Positions 20,541 through 30,409 of a stretch of 64,000 nt of DNA are shown here, one piece after another. The notes beneath the pieces are model-generated. The model was given only the letters and a program-made list of their open reading frames with translations. It was not told the origin of the DNA and did no database searches. Position numbers and translations under genes: made by a program. Numbering within the stretch: position 1 is the stretch's first letter; the number at the start of each line of letters is the position of its first letter. This DNA is from an uncultured delta proteobacterium (GTDB lineage: Bacteria; Desulfobacterota; Binatia; DP-6), in assembly GCA_963815115.1 (NCBI GenBank), contig CAWFFN010000005.1, positions 64,001-128,000 on the forward strand, given 5' to 3'.

Positions 20541-20830
20541 GCCTTCGCGGGTGATCTGCCGGACGTCGAGGTAGACGGGCGGCGCCGCGAGACGGCGGTT
20601 CAGCCGGCACTCGTCCTCGCACCGGGCACGCCGACGCTTGGCTGCCCGCGCGTCCAGGAACGGAAAGTGTACGGGCTTCTTGAGCTTGTAGACGTACGGA
20701 CCGGCCAGGAAGACGTGCGAGATGTGGGTCCGCAGGTGTTCCACGCTCGCCGGATGATCGGGATAGAAGGCGGGATCGGCGAAGGCGCGGACGACCTCCG
20801 ACTGCGGGTCGGTGGTCGCCTCCTCCGGAT
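20540..20830 (-). pseudogene. N-terminal fragment of COG2187 kinase/AAA protein (Rv2004c-like)
   Basis: DPAFYP...VEHLRTHISHVFLAGPYVYKLKKPVHFPFLD...CEDECRLNRRLA..VYLDV. Confidence 0.8.
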
Positions 20831-20857
20831 CCGCTCGATCCCTTCCGGAGTTACCCT

Positions 20858-21265
20858 TCACTTGACGAGAAGCACCGGACAGGCGCACGTGAGCGCGACC
20901 TTGAAGCTCGTCGTGGCGAGCCCCTGGCCCGGCTTTGGCCCGAGCGGATGTGACCCGAGCACGACGAGGTCAGCCCGCCGTGCGGTCGCAAAGCGGAGAA
21001 TCTCCCGCGCGGGATCGCCGATCGTAACGGCGTGCCCCACCCGCAGGCCGGATGCGACGAGCGACGCTACCGCACGTTCGACGACGCCCTCGGCCCGCTG
21101 GCGCAGGCGCGCGTAGAAGGGACGGAGCTCCGCCGCAGGGAGGCCGGGCACACGCTGGATCACGTGGAGCACCGTCACGCGTTTGGTGGGCAGCGTCTCA
21201 ACGATCCGGAGGCAGCGGGTGCTACGCTCGCTCAGATCGATGGGGATGAGGACGTGTGCGAACAT
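20858..21265 (-). CDS. Universal stress protein
   Basis: MFAHVLIPIDLS, GDPAREIL, ADLVVLGSH, CPVLLVK. Confidence 0.9.
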   Translation of the reverse strand: MFAHVLIPIDLSERSTRCLRIVETLPTKRVTVLHVIQRVPGLPAAELRPFYARLRQRAEGVVERAVASLVASGLRVGHAVTIGDPAREILRFATARRADLVVLGSHPLGPKPGQGLATTSFKVALTCACPVLLVK

Positions 21266-21388
21266 GGAATCAGTGCGTACCCACTCGCGCACCAGCGACG
21301 AGGCCCTGCATCACGACGAGGATAGTTCCGGGCGTTTCCGGATATGCACGAGTCGGCGCTCTCCGGCAGCGCCGGCCAGCGAGTGTGC

Positions 21389-21843
21389 TCACTGCTGCAG
21401 CTCGGGGAGCCCGGCCTTCGTCTCCGCGACGCCGAGGACGCGTGCCAGGTGACGAAGGCAGTCGGTCTCGCTGACCCAGACCCACGAGCTTTCCGTGTTC
21501 GACGACCGGCAGGCAGCCGATCCGGTGCCGAAGCATGAGCTCGACCGCCGTGTGGATCGTATCGTCAGGTGCCGTCGTGATGACGTTCGCCGACATAACG
21601 GCCCGCACGGGGACGCTGGCGAGCCACTCTCGCTCGGCCGACCGCTGGAGCTGCAGCATGGACGACACGGCCGCGCGATAGAGGTCGCGTTGCGACACGA
21701 TGCCCACCACGACGCCGGCGGAGAGCACCGGCAGGTGACGGATCCGACCCAGCTGCATGATGTCCTCGGCGAGCCCAAGGTTGTCGCTGGCTCTTGGCTC
21801 TGAGCGTCACCACTTCCCGTTGCATGAGATCACGAATGAGCAT
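21389..21843 (-). CDS. CBS-domain pair protein (frameshifted)
   Basis: MLIRDLMQREVVTL, IRHLPVL..VVGIVSQRDL, IGCLPVVE.GKLVG, SETDCL across three frames. Confidence 0.85.
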
Positions 21844-21855
21844 GGGAATCGGTGT

Positions 21856-21871
21856 TCCAAAGTGCGTGCCA
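21856..21871 (-). promoter_or_regulatory. Sigma54-like promoter of CBS-USP genes
   Basis: TGGCAC-GCACT-TTGGA, ending 13 nt before ATG 21843; one mismatch at -12. Confidence 0.5.
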
Positions 21872-21975
21872 GGCCGAAGCCCCTTCTGGATCGTACGCCT
21901 GCGTCGCGTGCTTTCCCATACATGAGAATGTCTGGCGTCGGGCCATAACCCCGCCATCTTATGAAGGAGAGGGAC

Positions 21976-23115
21976 ATGCATCGGGTGGCGATCCAGGCGT
22001 TGTGGCTCGATGGGCTGGCGCTCATTCTAGCGGCGACGACCGCCGTGGCAGGCACGCCGGGTCGGCTCCCGGTGGAGAGGCCAATCGTGATCGGACATCG
22101 GGGCGCGAGCGGTTACGTGCCCGAGCACACGCTGGCGTCGTACTTCATCGCGATCCAGCAGGGCGCGGACTTCGTCGAGCCAGACCTCGTGAGCACGAAG
22201 GACGGGGTCCTGGTCGCGCGCCACGAGCCCGAGATCGGCGGCACCACCGACGTCGCCGATCACCCGGAGTTCGCGAATCGCAAGACGACGAAGACGATCG
22301 ATGGCGTGAGCATCACGGGCTGGTTCACGACCGATTTCGCGCTGGCCGAGCTCAAGACGCTGCGCGCCAGGGAGCGCATCCCCCAGAACCGTCCGGCTAA
22401 CACGCGCTTCAACGGGCAGTTCGAGATCCCCACCTTCGAGGAAGTCCTCGATCTCGTGGATTCGGCTAACCGGGCGCGTGCGCGACGCGCGCTCGCGAGC
22501 GGATGGCGCCTACCCGAGCCAATCGGCGTCTACCCCGAGACGAAGCATCCGACGTTCTTCAACGGTCTCGGTCTCTCTCTGGAAGGGCCGCTGCTCCGCT
22601 CGCTGCGCCGCCACGGCTACTCCGGCAAGGACGCGCCCGTGTTCATCCAGTCGCTCGAGACCGCCAATCTGCGCGAGCTCCGCAAGAAGACGCGGCTTCC
22701 GCTGATCCAGCTGCTCGAGGCCACCGGGAAGCCCTTCGACTTCGTGATCGCCAACGATCCACGCACCTATGCCGATCTCGCCTCCGGTCCGGGGCTGGCG
22801 TGGATCTCGCGCTACGCGGACGGCGTCGGCCCGAACAAGAACCTGGTGATCTCGCGCAATGCCGATGACACGCTCGGTGCCCCGTCGAACCTGGTGCGCA
22901 ATGCACACAAGGTCGGGCTGCGCGTCCACATCTTCACGATCCGCGCCGAGAACCCGTTCCTTCCGGCGGAGTTCCGCAACGGCTCGGGTCCTACGGTGTT
23001 CGGAAATGTCGCTGGCGAGCTCGCGCGCTTCTTTCAGGTCGGAATCGACGGCTTCTTCACGGATCAACCGATCCTCGGTGTGCAGGCGCGCGACGCGTTG
23101 GTCGGAGCGCGCTGA
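21976..23115 (+). CDS. glpQ: Glycerophosphodiester phosphodiesterase, secreted
   Basis: IGHRGASGYVPEHT, VEPDLVSTKDGVLVARHE, YPETKHP, IDGFFTD; signal peptide. Confidence 0.92.
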   Translation: MHRVAIQALWLDGLALILAATTAVAGTPGRLPVERPIVIGHRGASGYVPEHTLASYFIAIQQGADFVEPDLVSTKDGVLVARHEPEIGGTTDVADHPEFANRKTTKTIDGVSITGWFTTDFALAELKTLRARERIPQNRPANTRFNGQFEIPTFEEVLDLVDSANRARARRALASGWRLPEPIGVYPETKHPTFFNGLGLSLEGPLLRSLRRHGYSGKDAPVFIQSLETANLRELRKKTRLPLIQLLEATGKPFDFVIANDPRTYADLASGPGLAWISRYADGVGPNKNLVISRNADDTLGAPSNLVRNAHKVGLRVHIFTIRAENPFLPAEFRNGSGPTVFGNVAGELARFFQVGIDGFFTDQPILGVQARDALVGAR

Positions 23116-23379
23116 GCAAGGGATGCACGCCGTCGCGGGTCCACGAGAGGTCGAGCACGCTCCGCGCGGCCGGGGTGGTGGGAGTCACAGTCTAGTGGCC
23201 AGCACCGTTGTGAGCGGCGGCGGATTCCTTGCCGCCCTCGACCCGATGCCCCTTCAGGCTGATGTTGGCAGAAGAGTTACGCTTCTGCTTGCCGCGACGG
23301 GAGAGGGCGCGATACGCATACGCTATCATGGAGAAGCGTAACTCAGGCCGCCGAACGAGACCTACTCCGGGACGGCCCC

Positions 23380-23700
23380 GTGGAGGGTGCCTCGCGAGGG
23401 CGTCGGCGCCGCCCGGCCAATAGGGGCCAACGCTATCCCGCCGAGATTCTCACCGCCGACGAGGTGCGCTCGCTCATCACGGCGTGCTCGAATCGCGCGC
23501 CGACCGGCATCCGCAATCGCGCGCTGCTCGTGCTGCTCCACCGCGCCGGGTGCCGCATCAGCGAGGCGTTGCGCTTACACCCGAAAGATCTGGATCGCGG
23601 CACGGGCACCGTCACCGTGCTCCGAGGCAAGGGCGGCACGCGTCGCACGATCGGCCTCGACCCAGGCGCCTTTGCGGTCGTGGAGCGGTGGCTCGACGTG
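23380..23700 (+). pseudogene. Tyrosine recombinase (FimB/XerD-like) interrupted by IS3
   Basis: LTADEV...GIRNRALL..L.RAGCRISEAL...VLRGKGG; homology ends at the IS end. Confidence 0.8.
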
Positions 23701-24780
23701 TGGTGTTGCCCCGTCTGGGTAGACACCTGCGTTAAGCCGCTGCGCGGCGATCCCAGTACCGCTTCTCGTAGGCGACCGGATTCTGCATGTCGATGGCCGA
23801 GTGCCGGCGCTGGCGGTTGTAGACGGCTTCGAGCCAGTGCACGGTCGCCGTCCGTGCCCGCGCGCGCGTCGGCCAGGTGGCCGGCTCGATCAGCTCGAGC
23901 TTGTACGTCGCGAAGAACGACTCGGCCAGCGCACTGTCCCAGCACACGCCCGTTCGCCCCATCGACTGCAGTACCCCGTGCGCGGCGCAGAGGTCGCGGA
24001 ACTCGGCCGACGTGTATTGGCAGCCTCTGTCCGAGTGGAAGATCACGCCCGCAACGGATCTGCCGCGCGTGGCGACGGCCATCCGGAGCGCGGCGCAGAC
24101 GAGCGACGCCCGCAGATGATCGGCGATGGCCCAGCCGATCACGCGGCGCGAGAATACGTCGAGCACCGTCGCCAGGTACAGCCAGCCCGCCCACGTGCGG
24201 ACGTAGGTGAGGTCCCCGACCCACAGCACGTCGGGCGCGGCCGCCATGAACTGCCCGTGCACTCGATCGGGGATCGCGGGCGGTGTCGGCTCCGGGGTCG
24301 TCGTTCGCACCCAGCGCGGCGGGCGCCGGCCGCGCAGCCCGGCCGCGGCCATCAAGCGCGCGACGCGCTTGCGGCCGACGTCGTAGCCCTGCGCGCGCAA
24401 CTCGGCCAGCACGCGCGGCACGCCATACTGGCCGCGGGACGCGGCGTGGATCGCGCGGATCGCGGCCAGCAGCGCTGCGTCCGCCGCCTGACGCGGCGAC
24501 CCGCGCCCCTCCTGCCACTGGTAGTAGGCGGCGCGGGAGACCTGCGCCATCCGGCACAACCGCGTCACCGGATACCGATCCTTCTCCGCCTCGACGAACC
24601 GATATCGGCTCATCGGGTCTCCATCGCGAAGAAAGGCCGCCCGCTTCAGAATGTCGCGCTCCTCGCGCAGGACCTTGTTCTCCCGCCGCAACCGCCGCAG
24701 CTCCTCGCGCTCTTCGGTCGTCAACCCGTCGCGCTCGCCCGCGTCCACGGCCGCTTGCCCGACCCAGCGCCGGACCGCCC
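23701..24780 (-). mobile_element. IS3-family element, left part deleted (orfB 23732-24613, partial orfA)
   Basis: WVGDLTY, LDVFSRRVIGW, IFHSDRGCQY, CWDSALAESFF, YNRQRRHSAI; orfA tail EELRRLRRENKVLREERDILK; terminal TGGTGTTGCCCCG...TAGACA. Confidence 0.9.
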
Positions 24781-25109
24781 TCGCCGTACCCTGGGCCGTC
24801 GCAGGTACGGCCGGAGGCGATGCCTGCGCACCCCGTCCCTGCGGGGGACGGCCGTGTCCCGCGCTACCGTCGGCTCTGGCGGACTTGCAGTGCGCGGCGT
24901 CGGCCGACTTCACCATCGAGATCGAGAACCGCAGCAGCGTTTTGGTCACCGCGATGCTTGATGGTGAGCTGGCGGACCCCTCGGCAACTTGCGCGAGCGC
25001 GGACGCGGACTCGGCGCCCTACGGGCAGCCACCCGGGACAGTCTCACTCCAGTGTGATCCCGAGACTACCTGCCTTCTCACGATCCCGTCGCGCCGCCCC
25101 GGCACCGAG

Positions 25110-25776
25110 AGAAGATCGCGTTCCTGACCAGGGACGAGCTGGTGAAGGTCCTGGACGCCTGCCAGGAGCACTTCCCGGCCTACTTCCCTTTCGTCCTGTG
25201 CCTGGCCCGCACCGGGATGCGCATTGGTGAGGCCGTGGCGCTCCAGTGGGGAGACATCGACTTCAACGGCCGGTTCGCCGACGTCCACCGGGCGATCAAC
25301 GACGGCAAGGTCTCCACGCCGAAGAGCGGGAAGAGCCGCCGCGTAGATGTCTCACGCCAGCTCACGAAGGTCCTCAAGGCACACCTCGCCTCGCAGAAGG
25401 CCGAGACACTGAGGAAGGGCTGGAAGCAGGTGCCAGGTTGGGTGTTCACGAACGAGGTCGGTAACCCACTCCATCCCGACAACTTCCGCAACCGCGTCTG
25501 GCCGAAGCTGCTCGCGAAGGCCGGGCTGCGGAAGATCCGCATCCACGACCTCCGCCACACGTATGCGAGCTTGCTCATCGCCCAGGGCGAGAGAGCCTCG
25601 CTTACGTGAAGGATCAGATGGGACACCACAGCATCCGCGTGACCGTGGATACCTACGGTCATCTGGTGCCGGGCGGCAACAAGGCGGCGGTGGACCGTCT
25701 CGACGACGCTCCCGCCGCAACGATCCGCAACCTATCCGCAACCTCCGAGGTCGCGGCTGAGCTGGGAGCACGCTAA
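25110..25776 (+). pseudogene. Phage-type integrase catalytic domain (5'-truncated, frameshift near 25590)
   Basis: RTGMRIGE, TPKSG, HDLRHTYAS, MGHHSIRVTVDTYGH. Confidence 0.88.
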
Positions 25777-25793
25777 GCGTGCAGAATCGTGAG

Positions 25794-25837
25794 TGGAGCC
25801 GAGGGGAGTCGAACCCCCGACCTCTAGAGTGCGATTC
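25794..25837 (-). tRNA. 3' half of tRNA-Ala(CGC): att-site duplication, not a full gene
   Basis: Minus strand GAATCGCACTCTAGAGGTCGGGGGTTCGACTCCCCTCGGCTCCA: anticodon loop, T arm and acceptor 3' strand; no D arm or 5' acceptor strand. Confidence 0.8.
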
Positions 25838-25997
25838 ACTTTCCAGGCGTTACCCACGCCATCGCATCCCATCGCATGCGTGAAAAACCGCGGACTTCCG
25901 GGCGGTCTCTGACGCACCCGATGGCCACGAAGGGGACCCGTGTACGGACACCCCACGGACACCCTTGGATGAGCTAGTGTCCTAGTGGCAGCGTCTA

Positions 25998-26180
25998 CTA
26001 GGTGCACCGCTCGATCCACTCGTGCCCGCACGGGCAGTGACGATGGAAGTGGTCGCCGTGCGCGCGAGCGCAGTCGCGGTCGAAGTGCACGCGGATGGGC
26101 CCGCGGCGGGTGCAGCGTGGGCACGCGCCGGACTGGTTGCTGAACGGCGGGAGGTCGGCTTCCTCGACGGAGGTCGTCAT
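25998..26180 (-). CDS. Small Cys/His-rich (zinc-ribbon-like) protein
   Basis: CPRC...HFDRDC..HGDHFHRHCPCGHEWIERC. Confidence 0.55.
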   Translation of the reverse strand: MTTSVEEADLPPFSNQSGACPRCTRRGPIRVHFDRDCARAHGDHFHRHCPCGHEWIERCT

Positions 26181-26526
26181 GGGGCGCCTGTCTACCACCC
26201 GGACGCCGTTGAGGTCGCCGATGCCCTGCTACTGGGAGCAACGCCCGCTGGCCTTGCAGAGGCGGACCGCGCTTGGACAGTGTAGACGCCCGCTCGGCCG
26301 CCTGGATCGATATTCAGAAGGCGCACGCTACGCCGCCGGCAAGCCCAGGCCGCGTTCCCGGCGGGTAAGACCTGCCGCGTCGTCGAGATCACAGACCGAC
26401 AGTCGCCGGCCGCTCCCGACCTCACTTCGCGGCCCCGGTCGTCCGTCGCGCGCGCTTGGCTTGCGCGAAATCTGGCCCGCCGCCTCGGGTCGGGTTTATG
26501 CTCGAGCGCCTATGAGCCAACGAGCT

Positions 26527-26958
26527 CTAGGGACCGAGTTCGTGCAGCCATGTGCGAAGGCGAGCGTCTATCTCGTCACGCACCCGTCGGAACTTCGCGA
26601 GCTGAATCTCGGGTGAGCCCTCGACCCGTGTCGGGTCGTCGAACGGCCAGGTGAGCGTCCGCAGTGTGAACGGGAACACACGAGGACAGCTCTTCTCGGC
26701 CTCTGCACACACGATGATGGCGTAGCGCACTGCTACCTTGCCGAGGAACTCTTTCATGCCTTTCGCGGAAAGGCCGCTCGGGTCGATGTTGACTTCGGCG
26801 AGCACTTGGCGCGTGAGCGGATGAATCTCCGTCGGCTCGACGCCGGCGCTCGCCACCTCAAACCGATGCCCTGCGTGCCTGCGAAGGAGAGCCTCCGCCA
26901 TTTGGCTTCGGGCAGCGTTGTGCGTGCAGACGAATAATACGAGGGGCTTCTCGCTCAT
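26527..26958 (-). CDS. arsC: Arsenate reductase (LMW-PTP fold, thioredoxin type)
   Basis: [32 protein letters not shown]. Confidence 0.9.
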   Translation of the reverse strand: MSEKPLVLFVCTHNAARSQMAEALLRRHAGHRFEVASAGVEPTEIHPLTRQVLAEVNIDPSGLSAKGMKEFLGKVAVRYAIIVCAEAEKSCPRVFPFTLRTLTWPFDDPTRVEGSPEIQLAKFRRVRDEIDARLRTWLHELGP

Positions 26959-27383
26959 GGCGACCCTCCGCGCTGCCAACCACGCGCTCTTACCAACTCG
27001 TCGACCCGTCCGCGCACCGCGTCTCGGATTGACCGCACCTGCTCAAGCGACTGACCCTTCGGGTCGAGCAGCCTCCAGTCCTCACGCTGAACGCCCGGCA
27101 CGAACGGGCATGCTTCCCCGCAGCCCATCGTCACGAGGAGCTGGGCCTGGCGTGCGAGTTCATCCGTGAGGTGAGTCGGTATCGCGTGCGACAAGTCGAA
27201 CCCGACCTCCCGCATGACCTCGACCACCTCTGGATGCACCTGCTTCCCGGGCTCCGTGCCTGCTGACACGGCCGTAGCCTTCGCCGGGTCGGCAGCGGCG
27301 TTGAAAAATGCCGCCGCCATCTGTGAACGGCCGGCGTTATGCACGCAGGCAAAGAGGACCGTCTCCGTAGCGGTAGGTTCCAT
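26955..27383 (-). CDS. arsC: Arsenate reductase (LMW-PTP fold), second type
   Basis: [32 protein letters not shown]. Confidence 0.9.
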   Translation of the reverse strand: MEPTATETVLFACVHNAGRSQMAAAFFNAAADPAKATAVSAGTEPGKQVHPEVVEVMREVGFDLSHAIPTHLTDELARQAQLLVTMGCGEACPFVPGVQREDWRLLDPKGQSLEQVRSIRDAVRGRVDELVRARGWQRGGSP

Positions 27384-28504
27384 CAGGCGCCTCTCGTATA
27401 GGCAGACCCGCGCGAGCTCGCCTCAGCCGGCGACGACACTTCAAGCGCCGTGGGTGGGTAAAAGCGCTTCTGTGCCCACAGGGCGACATGGACGAGTCCG
27501 ATGAGGGCCGGCACCTCGACCAGCGGCCCGATCACAGCTGCAAACGCGGCTCCGCTGTGGATACCAAACGTGCCGACGGCCACCGCGATGGCGAGCTCGA
27601 AGTTGTTCGACGCGGCGGTGAAGGAGAGCGTGACTGACTGCTTGTAGTCCGCGCCGACCCGCTTACTCATCACGAAGGAGATCGCAAACATCAGGACGAA
27701 GTAGACGAGAAGCGGCACCGCGATGCGGAGCACATCGAGCGGCAGCTGCACGATCGCCTCGCCCTTGAGCGAGAACATCAGGACGATGGTCAGTAGCAGC
27801 GCCACGAGCGTGAGGGGGCTGATCCGCGGCACGAACTCCGTCTGGTACCAGGCGAGCCCCTTCGCGCGGACCAGCACAAGCCGTGTCAGGAAGCCTGCGG
27901 CGAAGGGCACCCCGAGGTAGATGGCGACGCTCTTTGCGATCTCCCCGATCGTAATGTTTACGACAGCGCCTTCGAGGCCGAGCCACGTTGGGAGGAGCGT
28001 CGCGAAGAAGTAGGCGTAGACCGAGAAAAAGAGGACCTGGAAGATCGAGTTCAGGGCGACGAGGCCGGCACAGTACTCGCTGTCGCCCTTCGCGAGGTCG
28101 TTCCACACAACGACCATCGCGATGCAGCGGGCGAGGCCGATGAGGATCAGCCCCAGCATGTACTCGGGCTGGCCGCGGAGGAAGAGAACCGCGAGGGCGA
28201 ACATCAGAACCGGACCGATCACCCAGTTCTGGACAAGCGACAGGACAAGGACGCGCGTGTTCTCGAAAACCTTGCCGAGCGCCTCGTAGCGAACCTTCGC
28301 AAGCGGCGGGTACATCATGAGGATGAGTCCCACCGCGAGCGGCACCGAGGTGGTGCCGACGCTCATGCCGTTCAGCGTGGCCGTGAAGCCCGGCGCGGAG
28401 TAGCCGAGGCCGACGCCGGCGGCCATCGCGAGAAATATCCAGAGCGTCAGGTACCGATCGAGAAACGAGAGCTTCCGGGCAACGCCGCGAGAGTTGGTCT
28501 CCAT
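27383..28504 (-). CDS. acr3: Acr3 arsenite efflux transporter
   Basis: [48 protein letters not shown]. Confidence 0.95.
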   Translation of the reverse strand: METNSRGVARKLSFLDRYLTLWIFLAMAAGVGLGYSAPGFTATLNGMSVGTTSVPLAVGLILMMYPPLAKVRYEALGKVFENTRVLVLSLVQNWVIGPVLMFALAVLFLRGQPEYMLGLILIGLARCIAMVVVWNDLAKGDSEYCAGLVALNSIFQVLFFSVYAYFFATLLPTWLGLEGAVVNITIGEIAKSVAIYLGVPFAAGFLTRLVLVRAKGLAWYQTEFVPRISPLTLVALLLTIVLMFSLKGEAIVQLPLDVLRIAVPLLVYFVLMFAISFVMSKRVGADYKQSVTLSFTAASNNFELAIAVAVGTFGIHSGAAFAAVIGPLVEVPALIGLVHVALWAQKRFYPPTALEVSSPAEASSRGSAYTRGA

Positions 28505-28611
28505 GCCAAATCAGCTCCTGGGATGCTCGCACCATGACTGCCGAAGGGGCGCCTCGGCCCTTCGGCTGCGCAGGGCGTTCTTCGTGCCAATGTTGCTCCG
28601 CGCCGCGTCCC

Positions 28612-28974
28612 TCATGCCCGCCTTGCTCGTCGACGCTCCGTAGGAGCAGGCGCCAAAGCGGCACGAACTGCCTCCATCCGCTTGAGGGCAATTCGGTAGT
28701 AGACCCACGTCCGCCGCTTCTCCCGTTCGAGGAGCCCCGCGTCGTTGAGCACTTTGAGATGGTGGCTCACCGTTGGCTGCGAGAGCCCAACCGGCCCGGT
28801 GAGATGACAAACGCAGGCCTCTCCTCCCGGCTGCGCGGCGATGAAGCTGAGAAGACGAAGCCGCGCCGGATCGGCGAGTGCTTTGAACATCGTCGCGAGC
28901 TCCTCCGCGTCAGCTTTGTCGAGCGCTGACTGGAGGACGGGCGGGCAACAGGGGACGACTCGTAGTTGAGGCAT
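28612..28974 (-). CDS. arsR: ArsR-family repressor
   Basis: N-terminal CC, FKALADPARL, EACVCHL, SQPTVSHHLKVL, WVYY. Confidence 0.93.
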   Translation of the reverse strand: MPQLRVVPCCPPVLQSALDKADAEELATMFKALADPARLRLLSFIAAQPGGEACVCHLTGPVGLSQPTVSHHLKVLNDAGLLEREKRRTWVYYRIALKRMEAVRAALAPAPTERRRARRA

Positions 28975-28982
28975 ATGGCGAT

Positions 28983-29026
28983 ATTGACATGCTTCGATGG
29001 TCTATGCAATATCGAGCGTGGTCGAT
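28983..29026. promoter_or_regulatory. Double ArsR-type operator / divergent promoter
   Basis: ATTGA-N6-TCGAT and ATCGA-N6-TCGAT 28 bp apart, containing TTGACA; repeated at 30344. Confidence 0.75.
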
Positions 29027-29050
29027 ATTTCGTAGCTCTCGGAGGGCTCG

Positions 29051-30064
29051 ATGAAGTGTCTCCTCGCAGCGCTCGCTTGCCTGGCCCTTGGCTCGACAGC
29101 CCACGCCGAAGTCGTCCTGACGGGCTCCGGCTCAACGTTTGCCTTTCCCTTGTACTCCAAGTGGATGGACGCCTTTCACCAGCGCGAGCCCGATATCCGC
29201 GTGAACTATGCCTCCATCGGGAGCGGGGCAGGCATCGCCCAAATCAGTGCGGGCACGACAGATTTCGGCGCGAGCGATGGGCCGATGGCGGATGCGGAGC
29301 TCCAGGAACTCGCCGTGCCGATCCTCCACTTCCCGACCACTATGGGCGCCGTCGTCGTGACGTTCAACGTCAACCACATCGACCGCCTACGCTTCGACCC
29401 CGAAACCCTCGCCGGCATCTTTCTCGGGAAGATTACGAACTGGCACGACCCGGCCATCCGACGAAACACCTCGATGCCTCTTCCTGACGCGCCGATCACC
29501 GTAGTCCATCGGTTAGACGGCAGTGGCACAACCTACATCCTCACCGACTACCTCTCCAAAGTGAGCCCCGAATGGCAAGCCTCAGTCGGCCGCGGCACGA
29601 GCGTAAAGTGGCCCGTGGGCCTCGCCGGGAACGGCAACGAGGGCGTCGCGGACCTCGTCCAAAAAACGGAGAACTCCATCGGCTACGTCGAGCTCATCTA
29701 CTCCGTCCGGCACGACCTTCCCTACGGCGGTGTGCTAAATCGGGCTGGGAAGTATGTGCTGCCGAGCCTCGAGAGCGTCAATGCCGCGGCTGCGGCCGCA
29801 GCGGCCAACATGCCGCCTGACTTCCGGGTCTCTATCACCGACGCCGACGGCCCAGACTCGTATCCGATCTCCAGCTTCACGTGGCTGCTCGTCCCGGCCC
29901 GCTTCCGGGACGCGGCAAAGGGCGAGGCGATGAAGAAGTTCCTTGAGTGGATGCTTGCAGACGGCCAGGGTCTTGCTCCGTCACTCCTCTACGCACCGCT
30001 GCCCCCGAAGGTCATCGAGCTTGAGCGCGAGGCGATCGCCAGGGTTCAGGTCGACTTGAAATGA
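29051..30064 (+). CDS. pstS: Phosphate ABC transporter substrate-binding protein
   Basis: GSGSTFAFPLY..W, YASIGSGAG, DFGASD, HRLDGSGTT, IGYVE, YPISSFTW; signal peptide. Confidence 0.93.
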   Translation: MKCLLAALACLALGSTAHAEVVLTGSGSTFAFPLYSKWMDAFHQREPDIRVNYASIGSGAGIAQISAGTTDFGASDGPMADAELQELAVPILHFPTTMGAVVVTFNVNHIDRLRFDPETLAGIFLGKITNWHDPAIRRNTSMPLPDAPITVVHRLDGSGTTYILTDYLSKVSPEWQASVGRGTSVKWPVGLAGNGNEGVADLVQKTENSIGYVELIYSVRHDLPYGGVLNRAGKYVLPSLESVNAAAAAAAANMPPDFRVSITDADGPDSYPISSFTWLLVPARFRDAAKGEAMKKFLEWMLADGQGLAPSLLYAPLPPKVIELEREAIARVQVDLK

Positions 30065-30101
30065 CCAGCCCGGTCGTCGGTCCACCGCTCGTGAGTCGAG
30101 A

Positions 30102-30296
30102 ATGCCTGGCGACTCTTCCTCACGCCTCCTGAGTCGCCTTCGTCTCGTCCTCGGCCTTCTCCAGATGACCGGCGCGGCTGTCGCTGCTGCGCTTCTCTAT
30201 TCCGTCGGCGTCACAGCGCTCTCGCTCGGCGCCGTGGTTGTCACCACCAGTCTTACCTCGCTCAGCGTCATGCTCTTTGGGTCACAGCATTCGTGA
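30102..30296 (+). CDS. Small two-TM hypothetical protein
   Basis: 64 aa, two hydrophobic helices. Confidence 0.5.
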   Translation: MPGDSSSRLLSRLRLVLGLLQMTGAAVAAALLYSVGVTALSLGAVVVTTSLTSLSVMLFGSQHS

Positions 30297-30343
30297 CACA
30301 GTCATCGCCCGTGAGCATGGAGTAACGCCAGGCTCGGTGAGAT

Positions 30344-30387
30344 ATTGACATTCGTCGATATCTGGTGCAACATCGAAGAGCGTCGAT
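30344..30387 (+). promoter_or_regulatory. Second double ArsR-type operator/promoter
   Basis: ATTGA-N6-TCGAT and ATCGA-N6-TCGAT with the same 28-bp spacing as 28983-29026. Confidence 0.75.
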
Positions 30388-30409
30388 ATTTTAACCAAGG
30401 AGGACCCCA

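Noticed and set aside
24780-25110. Extension of the IS3 transposase N-terminus in the ORF track
   Set aside because: Unrelated sequence fused at a deletion point; not IS3 orfA-like
25794-25870. Complete tRNA gene
   Set aside because: Sequence 5' of the anticodon loop cannot form the anticodon stem, D arm or acceptor stem
28538-28568. Hairpin CCGAAGGG...CCCTTCGG between arsR and acr3
   Set aside because: Single copy with no U-tract; function cannot be supported
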